Positions 38,151 through 51,727 of a DNA stretch of 64,000 nt are shown here, one piece after another. How positions within the stretch are numbered: position 1 is the first letter of the stretch; every line of letters begins with the position of its first letter. This stretch comes from Chiloscyllium plagiosum (lineage: Eukaryota), in the NCBI RefSeq assembly GCF_004010195.1, contig NC_057718.1, positions 61,711,318 to 61,775,317 on the forward strand, read 5' to 3'. The position numbers were made by a program, and so were the translations under genes. The notes beneath the pieces were generated by a model. It saw only the letters and a program-made list of their open reading frames with translations. It was not told the DNA's origin and made no database searches.

Positions 38151-38399
38151 CCACCAACACTGCTGCCATCCTCCCACACTGGTCAAAGCACAACACTCCC
38201 ATCACTCTAGTAATCCTGACTCAGGCCTCACATTCATAGTTTCACCTGGCCCTCACATAATTAACACTGCTGCAAGCCTTACACCCACATCTCACATGTA
38301 CTATCAGCTACAAATGTATAACAAATACATCACCCAAAGACATTGCACCACACTCACTGACACAGTGCAGGACAAGCTCAAACACAACTACAGGTAATA

Positions 38400-38617
38400 C
38401 AGGTGGGTTCTCCTATAGCATGTGTCTCTACAACACGAATTGGCTATAACACAAATGCCGAATTTAGACCTATACTTGTAGAACGCAAACTTTCCTTACC
38501 TGTATTGGCTATAACGATTCCCGCCCAATTAGTTTAAATGGTGCTGGTATTGCATGATTTTTCTGTAAAGCTAGATCGCAAGGGAACCGATCTGTGGCTT
38601 TATAAGAGAACTACTTG
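38400..38617. mobile_element. Tc1/mariner (Tigger-like) MITE
   Basis: TA flanks; imperfect TIRs caggtgggttctcctata / tataagagaactacttg. Confidence 0.8.
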
Positions 38618-38661
38618 TATGTCCTAACTGGTAGAGGACACAGCTGGTTGCATATCTTTAT

Positions 38662-38980
38662 GATTAGATTAGATTAGATTTCCTTCAGTGTGGAAACAGG
38701 CCCTTCGGCCCAACAAGTCCACACTAACCTTCCAAACTGCAACTCACCCAGACCCATCTCCCTCTGACTAACGCACCTAATACTATGGGACAATTTAGCA
38801 TGGCCAATGCACCTGACCTGCACATCTTTGGATTGTGGGAGGAAACTGGAGCATCCGGAGGAAACCCACGCAGACACTGGGAGAATGTGCAAACTCCACA
38901 GAGTCACCCGAGGCTGGAATCAGATCCAGGTACTTGGTGCTGAGGCTGTCGTGCTAACCACTGAGCCATCATGCTGCCCC
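38662..38980 (-). mobile_element. HE1-like V-SINE
   Basis: Same structure as 12679, with (ttaga)n tail. Confidence 0.93.
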
Positions 38981-39354
38981 TAATCTCCCTGGATTATCTC
39001 CCTGGATTAGACAGAGCTCACCATTACTGAAGTAGCCACTGACCAGTGGCATTGTCAAAATAATTTTTAAAAAATTGATCTCTTGCTTTGTAATCCTGTT
39101 TATCACATTGGACCCTCACTGCAGCATCCCAACTGACTTACAAACTGCAAAAGGTGACAGCATGCACTTATACTCCCAGCTACACCCCTCCAGCACAACT
39201 TCATTCTTGATCTGTTCTCCTTCTTCCAAGAACTGCTACTTGGCCAGGCATTGGTAGAAAAGTAACAGACAGAAGAGTAGGAAGGCAATGAAGAAGAAGC
39301 AATACCATCATTCACTCTCTCAGCCACAGACACTGCATAAAATCAGATAAAATA

Positions 39355-39700
39355 AGAAGTCTTGCATTTATACTGTATATTTCCTAACCAACCCAAAGCA
39401 TGTTACTGCCAATGAAGTACTTTTGAAGGGTACCCACTATTTAAAGGAGAGAAAACATGGCAATAAGCTTCCAGAAATTGCAACGTGCTCATGGCCAGAT
39501 AATCATTTGTGATGTTGATTGAGGAATAAATGTTGCCAGACCTTGTCTGATCATCTTCAAAATAGTGACATGGGATCTTTTACTTCCATCTGATAGGCAG
39601 ATTGCATTTTGATTTCATGATACATTAGAAAGATGGCAGCTCTAACAATGCAGCACTGCCATGGTACTGCATTTTTGCTTTCAAATCCAGCAACTTGAAC
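39355..39700 (-). mobile_element. Old Deu-domain SINE (SacSINE1-like)
   Basis: cttgcatttata..ccaatgaagtacttttgaag..aaatagtgacatgggatctttta. Confidence 0.75.
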
Positions 39701-40559
39701 ACATATCCCCTAAAGTGTATACACAATTACAATGCTTGGTGCTTTGGGAAGCCTAGCAGAAAACCTGTCAGGAATGTTAAGTGGAGGAATCCAATACCAA
39801 CTTTGCAAAGGACCTTGACAAAAGCAGCTTGGGACCCATCCTTCCCAGCATTTAAGTGGTGTCCAAATCCATTTGATCATTTTTGGTCCCAGCTATGCAT
39901 CTGATGGTTGGCATCTCAGCTTTCATTGCAACACAAGCAGAAGTCATCCAACATCCAAGCATTACAATGGAAGCTCAGACTTCTGTCATCATGGGCTATG
40001 CACATCAGAATTCAAAGGGGTTTGCAGAGAGTCAGTAGCCTGTCCTCCAACAGATTGCTAGGATTACTGCATTGTGGACCCAGGGGAGAAACTACAGATC
40101 CGTGGAGCATAAATCTGCCCTCGTCTCTCAGGATGATAGTATTCCTACTCCAATCACTGCCACTCCATCACAGTGCCTTTGCTGCTACCAATGAACAGTT
40201 CAAACTGCTGCTGCCCATGCCAGAATGACACAGTCAGAAGTTGGGCTGTTTAGATCCAGAGCTGTTCAAGGCATCCTGCAAGGCCATCTGCAATCTCCTC
40301 CAATTAAAGTCAGCAGCCGTTCCACCAACCAATGCTCCAGCCACTGGGATCGCAGTGTAGGGGCACTCAGACACCAATGCCAGACAAAACACAAGCACTA
40401 CGAGAATGGACAACGGCTTTGATTATCATTTGAATGCAGTATGGAAGAATTTTGATTTATTTTGTGTTATTGGCCTTTGTTTTTGTATCATAGTTATGTA
40501 GACACTAACCTCACAGTGAAAAGATAAATATGATGTGAGACCATTAGCAAATGGAGAAT

Positions 40560-41450
40560 CAGGGTTGCACTTACTGATAACTCAGTCAGGAGAGTTGTTC
40601 ATGAACAGGAAGTCTAAATTGCTATTGACGTTCCTCTTCCTGGGCTGCTGACTGCACAGCTGGTAGTAATGGTGGTACCCTGAGGATGGTGACATTGTGG
40701 AATATTCAACAACCTACCGTGAATCTTAGAACTTTATTTGCTGAGCACAGCTGGCTCTTTGAGAACTACCCATGCAGCAGGATCATTGTTTTAGGATATC
40801 AGTTGTGTGCATGATCATATTTTGTGTGACAGCAAGGCTTTCATTAAATTCATGTTGCCCTGATGTGCTTAGGTTCCCCAACAAAATTAACTACCATGTA
40901 GTTGGCAGACAGTCCTTGTCACCAAGTGGTTTGCTGTGGTGGCTCAAATGCACCTGGCACAGCAAACTGCTAAAGAATGATGGCATCATGCCTGCTGCCT
41001 GGAGACTGGGCACTGACCTGCATGAGACAAAGTCCATATATACCACAACACAATGTGCACACAGGCAATGTCACCTTGTACCATGAGAAAGCCTGCAATT
41101 CCTGAAAAACTGTTCACTATGCATGCTTCTCTCTGGCAAAACAGGTTGAAACGTAGCTGACCTTTAGTGATTAGAAAGCCTCAGCAACCTCTTTAAACAA
41201 CTGTGTATGTAAAACTACAAGTTGTTGCTGTATCTGCAGCTTGAATGGAAACTGCCATATCAAAGTTTATTGGTTGGTCACCTTCATAGCTAGTGACAAT
41301 GCTGACCAGCTTCATTGTGAGGCTGCACTCGTGCTGTGGTAGTTTGCAGATTTCGGTGAAGCACAGACTCTTCACATAACCAACCCTTGGGAAGAAAGGA
41401 TAAGAGAACTGCTCTTGAACATCTTGAGCATAGATGGCCTTCTGTTGAAT
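40560..41450 (-). pseudogene. Harbinger DDE transposase remnant (HARBI1-like family)
   Basis: EQFSY, LCFTEIC, ALSLAMKVT, IAGFLMVQGDIACVHI, AQSPGSRHDA, LGDKDC..TW motifs in order. Confidence 0.8.
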
Positions 41451-41719
41451 GTCCTTCTCTCCCTCCTTTTTCTAGCAATTCTCCCTGTTTTGGTTGCCCT
41501 TTTCTAATTCACTTATGTATGCAATATGCAAAAGAGAATGAATGTGCAATTAATGAAGACCTGAAGTCAGGACCAAGCTCTTCATTAAATGCAACTCTCT
41601 GTACAAATCATTTTGAAGATATCTTAAAAAGCACCACAGACATATACAATCAGAGCCAGTAGAAATAATTCAAATCAATAACTAATTTGATAATAGTTGA
41701 CTACATATCACATATTACA

Positions 41720-43145
41720 GCAAAGTGATGGAGGCATTGTGCTATCATTGTGACTCTAACCTGCTAACTGATGCTCAGTTTGAGTACTGTCAGGATTGCT
41801 CAACCCCTGACCTTATTACAGCCTCGGTCCCAACATGGACAAATGAAATGTACTCAGGCAGAAAGGTGAGGGTGAGTGCCCCTTACATCACAATGGTATT
41901 TCACTCAGTGGGGCATCACACAGACCCTGTAAAATTAGAGTCAATGAAAATGAAGGGGGATATCTTGCTGCTGTTTGAAGTCATACTACGCACAGAGGAA
42001 TATGGTTATGGTTGTTGGAAGTCAATTATCTTTGCAGGAGTTCCTCAGGAAAGGGTCCTAAGCTCAACCATCTTCATCCCCATCCAGTTTCGCTCCATCA
42101 GAAGATCAGGCTTGATAATGTTTGCTGATGATTGCTCAATGTTCATCACCATTTATGACTCTTCAGATATTGAAGCAGTCTGTGTCCAAATACAGACAGA
42201 CCTGACAACATTCAGACTTAGGCTGATAAGTGGCAAGTAACATTCACACCACAGATGTGCCAAACAATGACCACCTTCAATAAAAAGAATCTAACCATCA
42301 CCCATGACATTCAATGGCATTACTATCACTGAAACCCTATTATCGACATCCTGGAAGTTACAATTGATCAGAAACTGAACTAGATCAGCCATACAAATAC
42401 TGGAACAGGTCTGAAGCAAGGAAATCTGCAGCGTAACACCTCCAGATGTCCAAAATCTGCAGATTCAGTGAATTGGCCATAATAAATTGTCCATAGACTT
42501 CAGAGATATGCAGGCTAGGTGAATTAGCCATGGTATTTGCAGAGTTAAGGGTATAGGGTAGGAGGCTGTGTTGGGTGGGATACTCTTCAGATAATTGGTT
42601 CAGACTCAATGGGTCAAATGGCCTCTTTCTATGTAGTAGGGGTTCTATGATTCAGACTCCCCAAAGCCTGTCATCCATAATGTGCAATTCAGGAATTTGA
42701 CAGAATATTCCCCACTTGCCTGAATGAATGCAGCTCCAACAACACACAAGAAACTGGCTACCATCCAGAACAAAGCAGCTAATTGATAGGTACTCCATCC
42801 AACACTTTTCTTCTGCAGTGACTCATAATTTGAGTCTTCAAGATACACTGCAACAAATTACCAAGGTTCTTTCATCTGCCCCTTCACACAACTGTTACCA
42901 TCTAGAAGAACAAGGGCAGCAACCCACATACCATCCTGACTTGGAACTACATCACCATTCTTTCACTGCCACTGAATCAAAGCCCTAGAATTTCCTCTAT
43001 AATAGCATTGTGGGTGTACCTACAGCACATGAACTGCAATCATTCAAGAAGGCAGCTCACCACCACCTTCTCAAGAGTAATTAGAGATGGGCAATAAATG
43101 TTTTTTTATGCTGTGACATCCACATGCCATGAAGGAATTAATAAA
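41720..43145 (+). mobile_element. Older CR1/L2-type LINE 3' half
   Basis: DAQFEY, AGVPQE, MFADD and shared tail. Same family as 31582. Confidence 0.88.
42440..42652 (+). mobile_element. V-SINE 3' fragment(s) nested in LINE
   Basis: The tgcag..gtgaattggccat segment occurs twice, followed by a CR1-type tail ttctatgatt. Confidence 0.7.
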
Positions 43146-44889
43146 AGTTTTATTTAAATAAAGTTGATGGGTTGACAGGGGCTGTTCCTGCTGCTAAACA
43201 AGTGTTCAATGGATCGTGGTTAAAAGGTGGCTGGGGTGTTGAGCTCATAAAATGGTAGCACTGGCTTTGAATCAGTGCTAAAGATTCATTGATATCATTA
43301 TCTGGCTTCTGTATACTTCCATGGGCCCTGACTTTGCACGTCTTAATGTGTTTATCAACGTGGCAAATGGCGCAACTCACACCCGAGGTTCGTGCACATA
43401 CCACATTTCAGGCCACTCATAGCTCAAAAGGTCGAAATCTTTTTTTACCAGTCATTTCAACATTTGGAGAATTGAAAATGCAAAATATAAGTGCAGCATC
43501 AAATTACTGAGTTTCAAAGGAGCACATTGTGGTTCTGAATCTCTCGACAATATATTTACTTGATATGGTCAAATATATTTGCAATTTTCAACACCTTCAT
43601 TACATATTTTAAAAGTTGCACTTGGTCACAGGCTTTCTTCTCACATCAGAAAGCTGCATGTGATTGTGCACAGCCCTAGACACTTTACATACATTACATA
43701 AAGACTTCACAATTCAGACGTCAGGCTTCCAGACTACAAAATCCAGACAGCAATACTACACAGAAATGTTTGACAAAGGTGTCATGTGATGTTAAGCATG
43801 AAACCTAACACATGAACACTAACCTTTAACCCTCTTTCAGTATTTGAAATTTAGATTTGGTTTAGTTACAGAATCCCTTCTGCAGGACTGAACTGAAAAG
43901 CTATGCACTAATACTTGTGCTGACAGTACTGTAAAAGGTCCCCATCCAACACAAGAGATTTAGGCCACTAGACATAACACAGATTTGAATTTCTAAATGC
44001 CACCACAGGCGCTGGGCTCTGATGAATCACAAATGCCTGCAATCACTACACACCTAATCTGGTTGTTTTAACTGAAGCAAAAAACTCTTGAATCTAGCAA
44101 GCAGATTTGCCATACACATTATCTCATGAATATCAAAGTATTTCTGCAAGATTCAAGGCATAGCATTTAGTGTCACATTTGCTGCTGGCTTATATTTCTA
44201 TCCCTATTTTAACTAATTTCTCAGGTATTTAATCCAAACGTTAATCAAGTCATTGAATGCCCATGTAGCTGCTTGGCAATTTGAGGCTAGTTTTACTGCC
44301 ACAAATTGGAAACACCCCCATCTCGGATCAGCAAGACGGCACCATTATTCCAATCTAGAAAATAATAAAAACTGAACAGGTTTGGAAATCTGCTGTCCAT
44401 TTGGCATTTTAAAATTACAAGCTCAACTGCTTGTTAATTAGTAAAGATCTAATCTTCCAAAATTTCTTGTTACCTGCTACATTTTTAGGCATCAAATATG
44501 AAACTCTGTGGGAGTACTTTACAGCAGCTATGATGAAGTGGCAAGAGGTCAGAAGCAGGAGAGCATGCCACAAGAACCATGACTGAATGCAACAGTAGAC
44601 TCTGCTGTTGAAGATGGCATCATCTGTATTTCTTTAACTTTTATTTCAGGCTTCTTTGAGCCGGCAAAACGTAAAGACACATTATGAATTCAGAGAACAA
44701 GGGGCCTTTATATTTGTCGTCATGATCAATCCCTTGTTTGGAGCATCACCCCTTTACTGCATGAGGTCCTGGTCTAGACTCCTAACTGGACTCTAATTGA
44801 CTGCCTACATACAAGATGGCCACTAAATGGCCATCTAACATTTGGTTCAGTAGCTGAGATGGAGAGGCAAGAGCATGTGGGTCATTCAC

Positions 44890-45107
44890 CTTCTGTTTTG
44901 CCTCTCTCAACCTGTCTATGACAATCCAGTCAATGGTTTTATTGCTTGCTTAAGTAAGACAAACCTCGTCATCTTAACAGATGATATGCATAAATATCTC
45001 TTGTTCAAAAAGGAGTACCTAAAATTGGATATTGTGTGGACTTTGTTTTGTAACACTGAAAGAGCCTGATACGCATCTCTTAACTTCTGGAAGGGGTATT
45101 CCTTTGC
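44890..45107 (-). pseudogene. Candidate decayed exon
   Basis: Strong acceptor tttttttttttgtcattccatcag| and AAG|gtgaat donor. Frame AKEYPFQKLRDAYQALSVLQ with downstream stops. Confidence 0.35.
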
Positions 45108-46451
45108 CTGATGGAATGACAAAAAAAAAAGCACGACCTACACAAATTTCAATTAGCATCTTAGTTAGGACTGCTGTCACAGAACATAAGTTAGGGTATG
45201 CCCTGCTGCTCTCAGTCTCTGTCAAACGTCCTAGCTCTTGCTGAATAAACCTTAATGTGGTTAATGATGAAAATGATTCTTCAGTGTAATAAAAACAAGC
45301 AATATAGCAACAGACAAATTCCTATGAAAATTTCCTTCTCTGTCAGTACAGGAATCGAAAAGCAAGTCTGTCAATATTTAATAAAAAGGTGATTAAATTG
45401 GTTCGCTACTTGCAGAAGATAGACATTAGTTTTTGTACCTATGGCACAGATCGGCAGTACAGAACAGTTCAAGGTCTATTTACATGTCATTGGCATGCAG
45501 TTGGATGGCATTATGGGACCATGAGTTTTAGCTTAAACAAAATGTACCATGCGGCAAAAAGAGACGGCAAAAAGAAGGGGTTTTCCTTCACACCCCTTCA
45601 ATAAGGGAGATCAATTCAAGTGGGTAGGACAGGGTGATATGGAATGCACATTGACCAATAGAAATTAGAGTTTTTCTGCTCTCCAGTGGTTGGCAGTGAA
45701 CAATACTGAACATAGTCTACTTTGCAAGACTTTTAGTTGGGGAAATCATGTAAGACAGAGCTGGAGATGCAACAATGGAACCCAAATTACTAAACAACAG
45801 AGAAAATAACCTTATAACACAGTATAGCAATAAAAAATACATGAGTATTGCAACAAAAATTAAGGTGCAATTTGAGTACAATTGGAACTATGTCTGTGCG
45901 GGCACACAGGGAGACTGTGCTTGGCCAGGCTAATTTATCTCTCAAGTATGGTTTTTAAACATTTGATACTTCTGCATGCATGATATTCCCAATGTTATTG
46001 TAACCTTGTCAGAACATTCTGGTATTTTGTACAATCTACAAATCTCCTATGCACAGAAGTACACATTCATAACACTCTGCAGCACTCAAACCTAATTTTT
46101 ACAATAGTTTGGGCAGTGTTAATGTAATTATGTTCCTGTCACATATGTTATTTTGACTGTAAACAACTTTGTGCATGCTTTTGTGGATTGCTTTTCAGCA
46201 TTTGTTAACTAAAGTTTATTTGGTGTTCGATTAGACTTGATTCCCAAGGAGACTTAAAAACTTAATTGACCAACGTTAAATATTGTTCTCTTGGTAGCCC
46301 TTAAATGCATAACTAAACAATGTCTCTAATTCAATAATTTAAGCTTTGCCTACAGTCTGTAGAATTTAAACGAGCTATGTTCAGGCTTCCATGGTAAGAT
46401 AGTTTGCTGGTTCTCACTGTTTTAGCTTACAGGAAAATAATAGTTATTTGA

Positions 46452-46826
46452 CTAGAGGTGACCTTATTGAGGAGTTCAAATTTATGAACAATTTTTACAG
46501 GGTAAAGAGGATATTCTATTTCCACTAGTTGGAAAGTCAGTAACTAGGGATCACAATTTCAAGGCTGTTGGCAAGAGAGCTAGGAGTGAGATGAGGAGAA
46601 ACCTCTTCATTCAGAAAGTTGTTAGGATTTGGAATGCACCGTCTGGGAGACTTGTAGAGGCAGATTCCATTTGAAGTTTCAAAAGAGAGCTGGATATACA
46701 TTTGAAAGTGATAAATCTAAAGGGCGATGGAGATAGGGGAGAATGGGTAGCTCTATCAGGAATCGGTAAAGATATGATGGGTCGAATATTCTGTTTTTAT
46801 ATTGTAAATTCTATGATTCTATGATT
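46452..46826 (+). mobile_element. Old CR1 3' fragment
   Basis: RGDLIE.FK, RRNLFIQKVVRIWNA; ctatgatt tail. Confidence 0.88.
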
Positions 46827-49800
46827 GAGATCTTGGGGTAAGAGGAAGAATGGAGCTTGAGATAATATAGGTTTCTTGGCACCAATGATACTTTAATTCA
46901 GCCTGAAAGAACACCACTAGGACCGAAGAGTGAAAAAGAACAGAAACTTGGAAGAAAAGAAGTTGAGGTTGGTGTAGCATATGTTCTGAAGACATTTTAT
47001 TTTACTATTCCAATTAGGTAGCATATAGAGCCAGTTGAAAGTTCCTCCATTCAGAAAATAAATCTTTAAAATCCATGTAAGTTGATTTAAGGTTAATATC
47101 ACAAGTCGCAGCGCATGCTATAGCAATTTTTTATAATCGGGTTACACCTTATCAGCATGGCTAGGGTTAAGTCACATAACACGAAACTCACTCTAGTTTA
47201 CTTTGATTTCCTTGTACTGTCTGTGCCAGCTAACCTTCAGTCTGCAGTCCAGAAAAGTCAGATGAACTTCACCTTCTTTCCCTCCCCTTCTAAAATAAAA
47301 CTGACAAAACCAAAACACGCAATAAAATATTATGAGATAGACATAGTTCTTAGGAAAAGCAGTCTCCTAATCTTTAAATTATTTGCAAAGCCTTGAGGGC
47401 ACTTGACAACTGAATACTGTATTTATGAAGACCAGACTACAGACTACTTCCCCTCCCCATGAGTCCTTTTCAGACTAACAGTTGACCTTTCATCTTTTAA
47501 AATGGACAAAAAGCAGACAAAACACATCAGTGTTCAGGCACTTGTTTACCTCAGCTGTCCACACCTTGGATTCCAGGACTAGCTATCTATAGACTTTAAC
47601 CTTGTATGTTTTACAAACACTTGGGTCTTGCGCAATGGCACCAACATATAGTTTTATGTCATCCATATTTATGTGAAAATCTTGCTGAAAAGAAAGGGTG
47701 CCCAGTAACAGACAGTTCATTTAGACTTTACTTTGACCCTGAAATCCTGTGGCAAGAGCAGTTTTAGTTGCAAATGAGTTTTATGTTTCACTGAACTGAC
47801 ATCAAAGTGTGTGATAACATTAAAATGGACTTAAAATCTGGTCAAATAAGCACTACAAATGATCAATTGAAAATTAATTTCACTATAATAAACTTTATGT
47901 TATCTGTCATTCTAAACCAGAACTGTCTCGTAACCAGAATTTCTGCCAGTTCATTTTTCTTTAAAGCTGATCACTTCAGATAATGTTCAGAAAATGCATT
48001 TTTTCAAAAAAGTTAATAATAGTAGACTGGAAATCTGCAGATTGCAATCTGTTCTCAGCTGTATATTAAAATTATGAAAGTGTTATATCCGTTTAGTTAT
48101 TGCAGACATACTGATCAGAGAATATTACTAGTTAGGGTCTTTTTTTTCCTTTTGGGTGGCATATATTTAATCTGAAAATCAAGTCAATAATGTTAGCAAC
48201 AAATATGAAAACATTCTGAACATTTTCGATGTTTAATCTGTCTTTCTGTGAACAAAAAGTTGAATTCCAGCATTTTCCTCTAGCATTTTAGATGTCAGTT
48301 TACAAAATATTAAGTTCTTGAAGCAGACTTGAATGTGGGTCAGCTGGGAGGGTAAGAGTATTAGTGCATCATTATTGTTTTCTTGATTTTGAAAGAGAAA
48401 CTGGGAGCTTCATTTTTTTTTCAAAAGCCAGTCTGAAGGTCATGAAGTTAGTTCTGCTGTGAGTCTGTTCTTCAGTTGTGGGGATTTTACTTTGATGCTT
48501 TTTTTCTGTCAGGGCTCTTGACTCCCCAGCTGCTACCCCTCTCCTCTCAACCAGTCAGAGACAGCCCAGTCCCTTGTCTTGTGTCCAAGTCATGCAATCC
48601 CTATGACCAGAGTGTTTGATTAACCCATTCCCTAAGTAAATGGAAAAACAAAGATTTTACTGTATCTTAGAAGTTCATTGGGTTTAAAGACCCAAATTCT
48701 ATTTTTATTTTATTGGTTCTATGGTGATTACTGTAAATCTATAAAATCATAATGCTGTACTAATGTTCTTAACCCTTCTTTAGTATCCCACATTCAAGAT
48801 CCTGCTACTTCAAGATCCTCTCCTTCAATAGATATTTAAAATACTGGAGGAGATCTTTGGAAGTCATATTTCAACTCGATGAGATCATTGAAATTGTTCA
48901 AGATTATTTAATGTTTCTTCTTAAAATGATCAGAATCTGCATTTGTTTGAATGTAGGGCACCAGATAACACAAAAAAAACTGGCCCTAACTGGCATATTT
49001 TTTTTAATAATATCATCCCTTTAAGTAAATTGCATTCTTTCAAGTTAAATCATTTTCATAACTAATAACAAATCACAGCACAGCTTCCACTATCCATGTT
49101 TGTACTATTTCAGATACACCAATCTGTATTCCATATGTTGTGACTCACAGAAAAATAACAAGCCAAGCTTTGCTCCCATGGCAGGTAGCTGAAGTCAAAA
49201 ATAATTCCTGGTTCAGCCTCAGAATAGAGGTAAGCCCACTGCCACAGACACTGGACATTGGAGAAGGCTACAGATGCTGCCAAGTGTCAATACATGCTAT
49301 TTAAGACGGCTGGTATTGGTTCTCTGGGGCTTTGTCTCAGGTATATTTTTCAAATTAAGCCCTCTGCCCTTTCACCCTTGCATTCCCTCCATCCCTCCAA
49401 ATGCCTATCCATGCCAACCCATACTCCTTCATTCATCCTCATGTTGCTCCTGTCACAAATTTATGCCAACTCATGACACCCCTCTCATTCTCATTTTTCC
49501 TCATAGACCATATGCCAACTTGTCAACACATGCCAACTAATGACCCCACCCATCTCCATGGCCCCATATAGCCCCTTTACCAACTTAGTGCTAACATTTG
49601 CCAACCCATTCCCATGCATTACCATCTTTTGCTCTTACATCTTCCCTGTTAACTCAACCACTATCTACCATAGGTAGATATCTGATACACTCTGTGATGA
49701 AAGAAAATAAAACTTTAAATATCTGTTACAGAATTCAGTATATAAAAACAGTCCCTCTCATGACTTTGATCTTTCAAGTACTTAATCCCTTATATAAACA

Positions 49801-49861
49801 AATTGTTGAAAACATAATTCCACAAAGACAGGCAATTCTTTAATACTCATTATGAACTGTG

Positions 49862-50640
49862 ATATTGCATGAAGTGAATTGAATTGGTGGAAGACTGGCA
49901 TCAGTGATACTGGGAATGTCAGAAGGAGATTAAGATGGATCATTCATTTGGCACTTCTGGCTGAAGTTAATTACCTTGGTTTTTTGCACTGATATGATGA
50001 GCATCCCCATAATTGAGGATGGGGATATTTATGGAGTCCCTCTTTCTCCTGTTGGTTGTTTAAGCATACTGGTTATGACAGAACTGTGTTCAATATGGAA
50101 GTGATACCCCATTGTAGCTTCACCAGGTTGCCAATTCACTTAAAGTTAAAATAAAACAAAAGAACCAATCATTGGAGAGGAAAGGATTGGAAGGATATGG
50201 GCCAGGTGCAGGGAAATGGGATAAGCGTGTATGGACATTTTTACCAGTTTGGGCCAAAGGGCCTGTCTCCGTGCTATAGAACTCGATGGCTCTATGACTC
50301 TGACTGCGGATGCTGTAAATCAGAAATAAAAACAGAAATTGCTGGAAAAGCTCAGCAGGTCTGACGAAGGGTCACCAAACCTGAAACATTAATTGATTTC
50401 TCAGCAGATCTTGCAGCATCTGTGTAGAGAAATCAATTAACGTTTCGGGTCCAGTGATCCTTCCTCAGACCTGCTGAGCTTTTCCAGCAATTTCTGTTTT
50501 TGTCACTTATAGTTATGTCTGGTGCTGCTCCTGGCATGCCTTCCTGCAGTCCTCATTGAAGTAGGGCTAATTCTTGGATCAGCTATAATGCTAAAGTGAG
50601 GTATATGACAGTTTCTTGAGCGTATAATTTGTGATTGAAC
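49862..50640 (-). mobile_element. Older CR1/L2-type LINE fragment, interrupted
   Basis: ctggtgctgctcctggcatgcc is the reverse complement of 32705-32728; 49900-50060 matches 32880-33010. Confidence 0.75.
50149..50502. mobile_element. Penelope-derived palindrome (family C) with nested CR1 tail at 50167-50301
   Basis: Arms 50328-50400 and 50426-50501 are inverted; hammerhead boxes on both strands; flanks cacttaaagtta / cacttatagtta. Confidence 0.75.
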
Positions 50641-50890
50641 AAAATGTTGCTTTTGCTACTTACTGTACCTGCCACTTTCAGGCAAAAGTTGCTGAATATA
50701 ATTCAAGAGTAGGAACATTACTTTTTTGATTTACCTTTTTTTAGGCTAAAGGTATAATCCTGCTGCTTGTTGTATGAGGGTGTAAAGTTCTGAAAAGATT
50801 AATGCTGAGGAGTGCCTTGAGTACTGCCAATATGATGTCATTTGAACTTGGTGGGAGAACAGCTTAAGACTTCGAAGGAATATGACTTAC

Positions 50891-51269
50891 CATCTGAGTT
50901 TTCCTCAATCTCTGCTAAAATGTCCATCATAGTAATGGAATCTGTTCATAGCTGCTATCGTGCAATTAACTACATCTTTTTGAAAGCAAGAGCATCTTCT
51001 TATTAGATTACCAAAGGGTTTACCTTTATCACATCCAGACTAAGAAAACCTTATCTACTCTGAAAATGATGGTGACATACATCTATCTTATAGTGAGCAA
51101 TAATACTGAGAGCTCATACAATATGACAGCTGGTGGTACAAATTGTTCATGCAACTCTGCTGTGTAGACCTAGAATAGCTCAATCAGTAATGATAAAAAG
51201 TTCAAACTGAGATTTCTTGTTCTACATGTCACCATCTTGGTGCTCCATTAATTAACTGAATTGGAGAAA
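50891..51269 (-). pseudogene. Candidate decayed exon, KEN-domain-like by eye
   Basis: cttttctctgcag| acceptor and GATG|gtaagt donor. RW*HVEQEISV*TFYHY*LSYSRSTQQSCMNNLYHQL. Confidence 0.4.
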
Positions 51270-51727
51270 CTGCAGAGAAAAGTGTGGATTGGGTTCAGAT
51301 ACTTTTGGGTAATGCTGAAAATTGCAAATGACTACATGAGATATACCATGTATTCTCAGATCAGCTCTTAATGCAAACTAGAAGTTCAAAATCATTCCAG
51401 TATATGTTGTTCATGTGTATTAAATTACAGTGGTCAATTAGTATATCATATTGATTCTATGAAGTAACATATTACACTAAGACTGGTGAGTTTCATTCAT
51501 ACCTGGTTTACCCAGCAATGAACATGTACAATCGACCACTTTAACAGTGCATCATATTTGTGCATTATTCTCAATGTACGTACTGTATATCAATACTAGT
51601 CCATTTTTGCCACTGCAACTGAAGTGAAGACACTATCAAAATAAACTATAATGCTATGGTTCTAATGTGTGTTTGACCATTGTAAATGCCAGTCAGGAAG
51701 GTTCACAGACAGCTTATAAAATGTTAC

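Noticed and set aside
47440..47760. tgtttac and tgacct/tgaccc motif cluster as an enhancer
   Set aside because: Short motifs expected by chance; no independent support.
49200..49860. C-rich atgccaac-containing stretch (similar character at 54700-55150)
   Set aside because: Probably an old repeat, but no classifiable motif.
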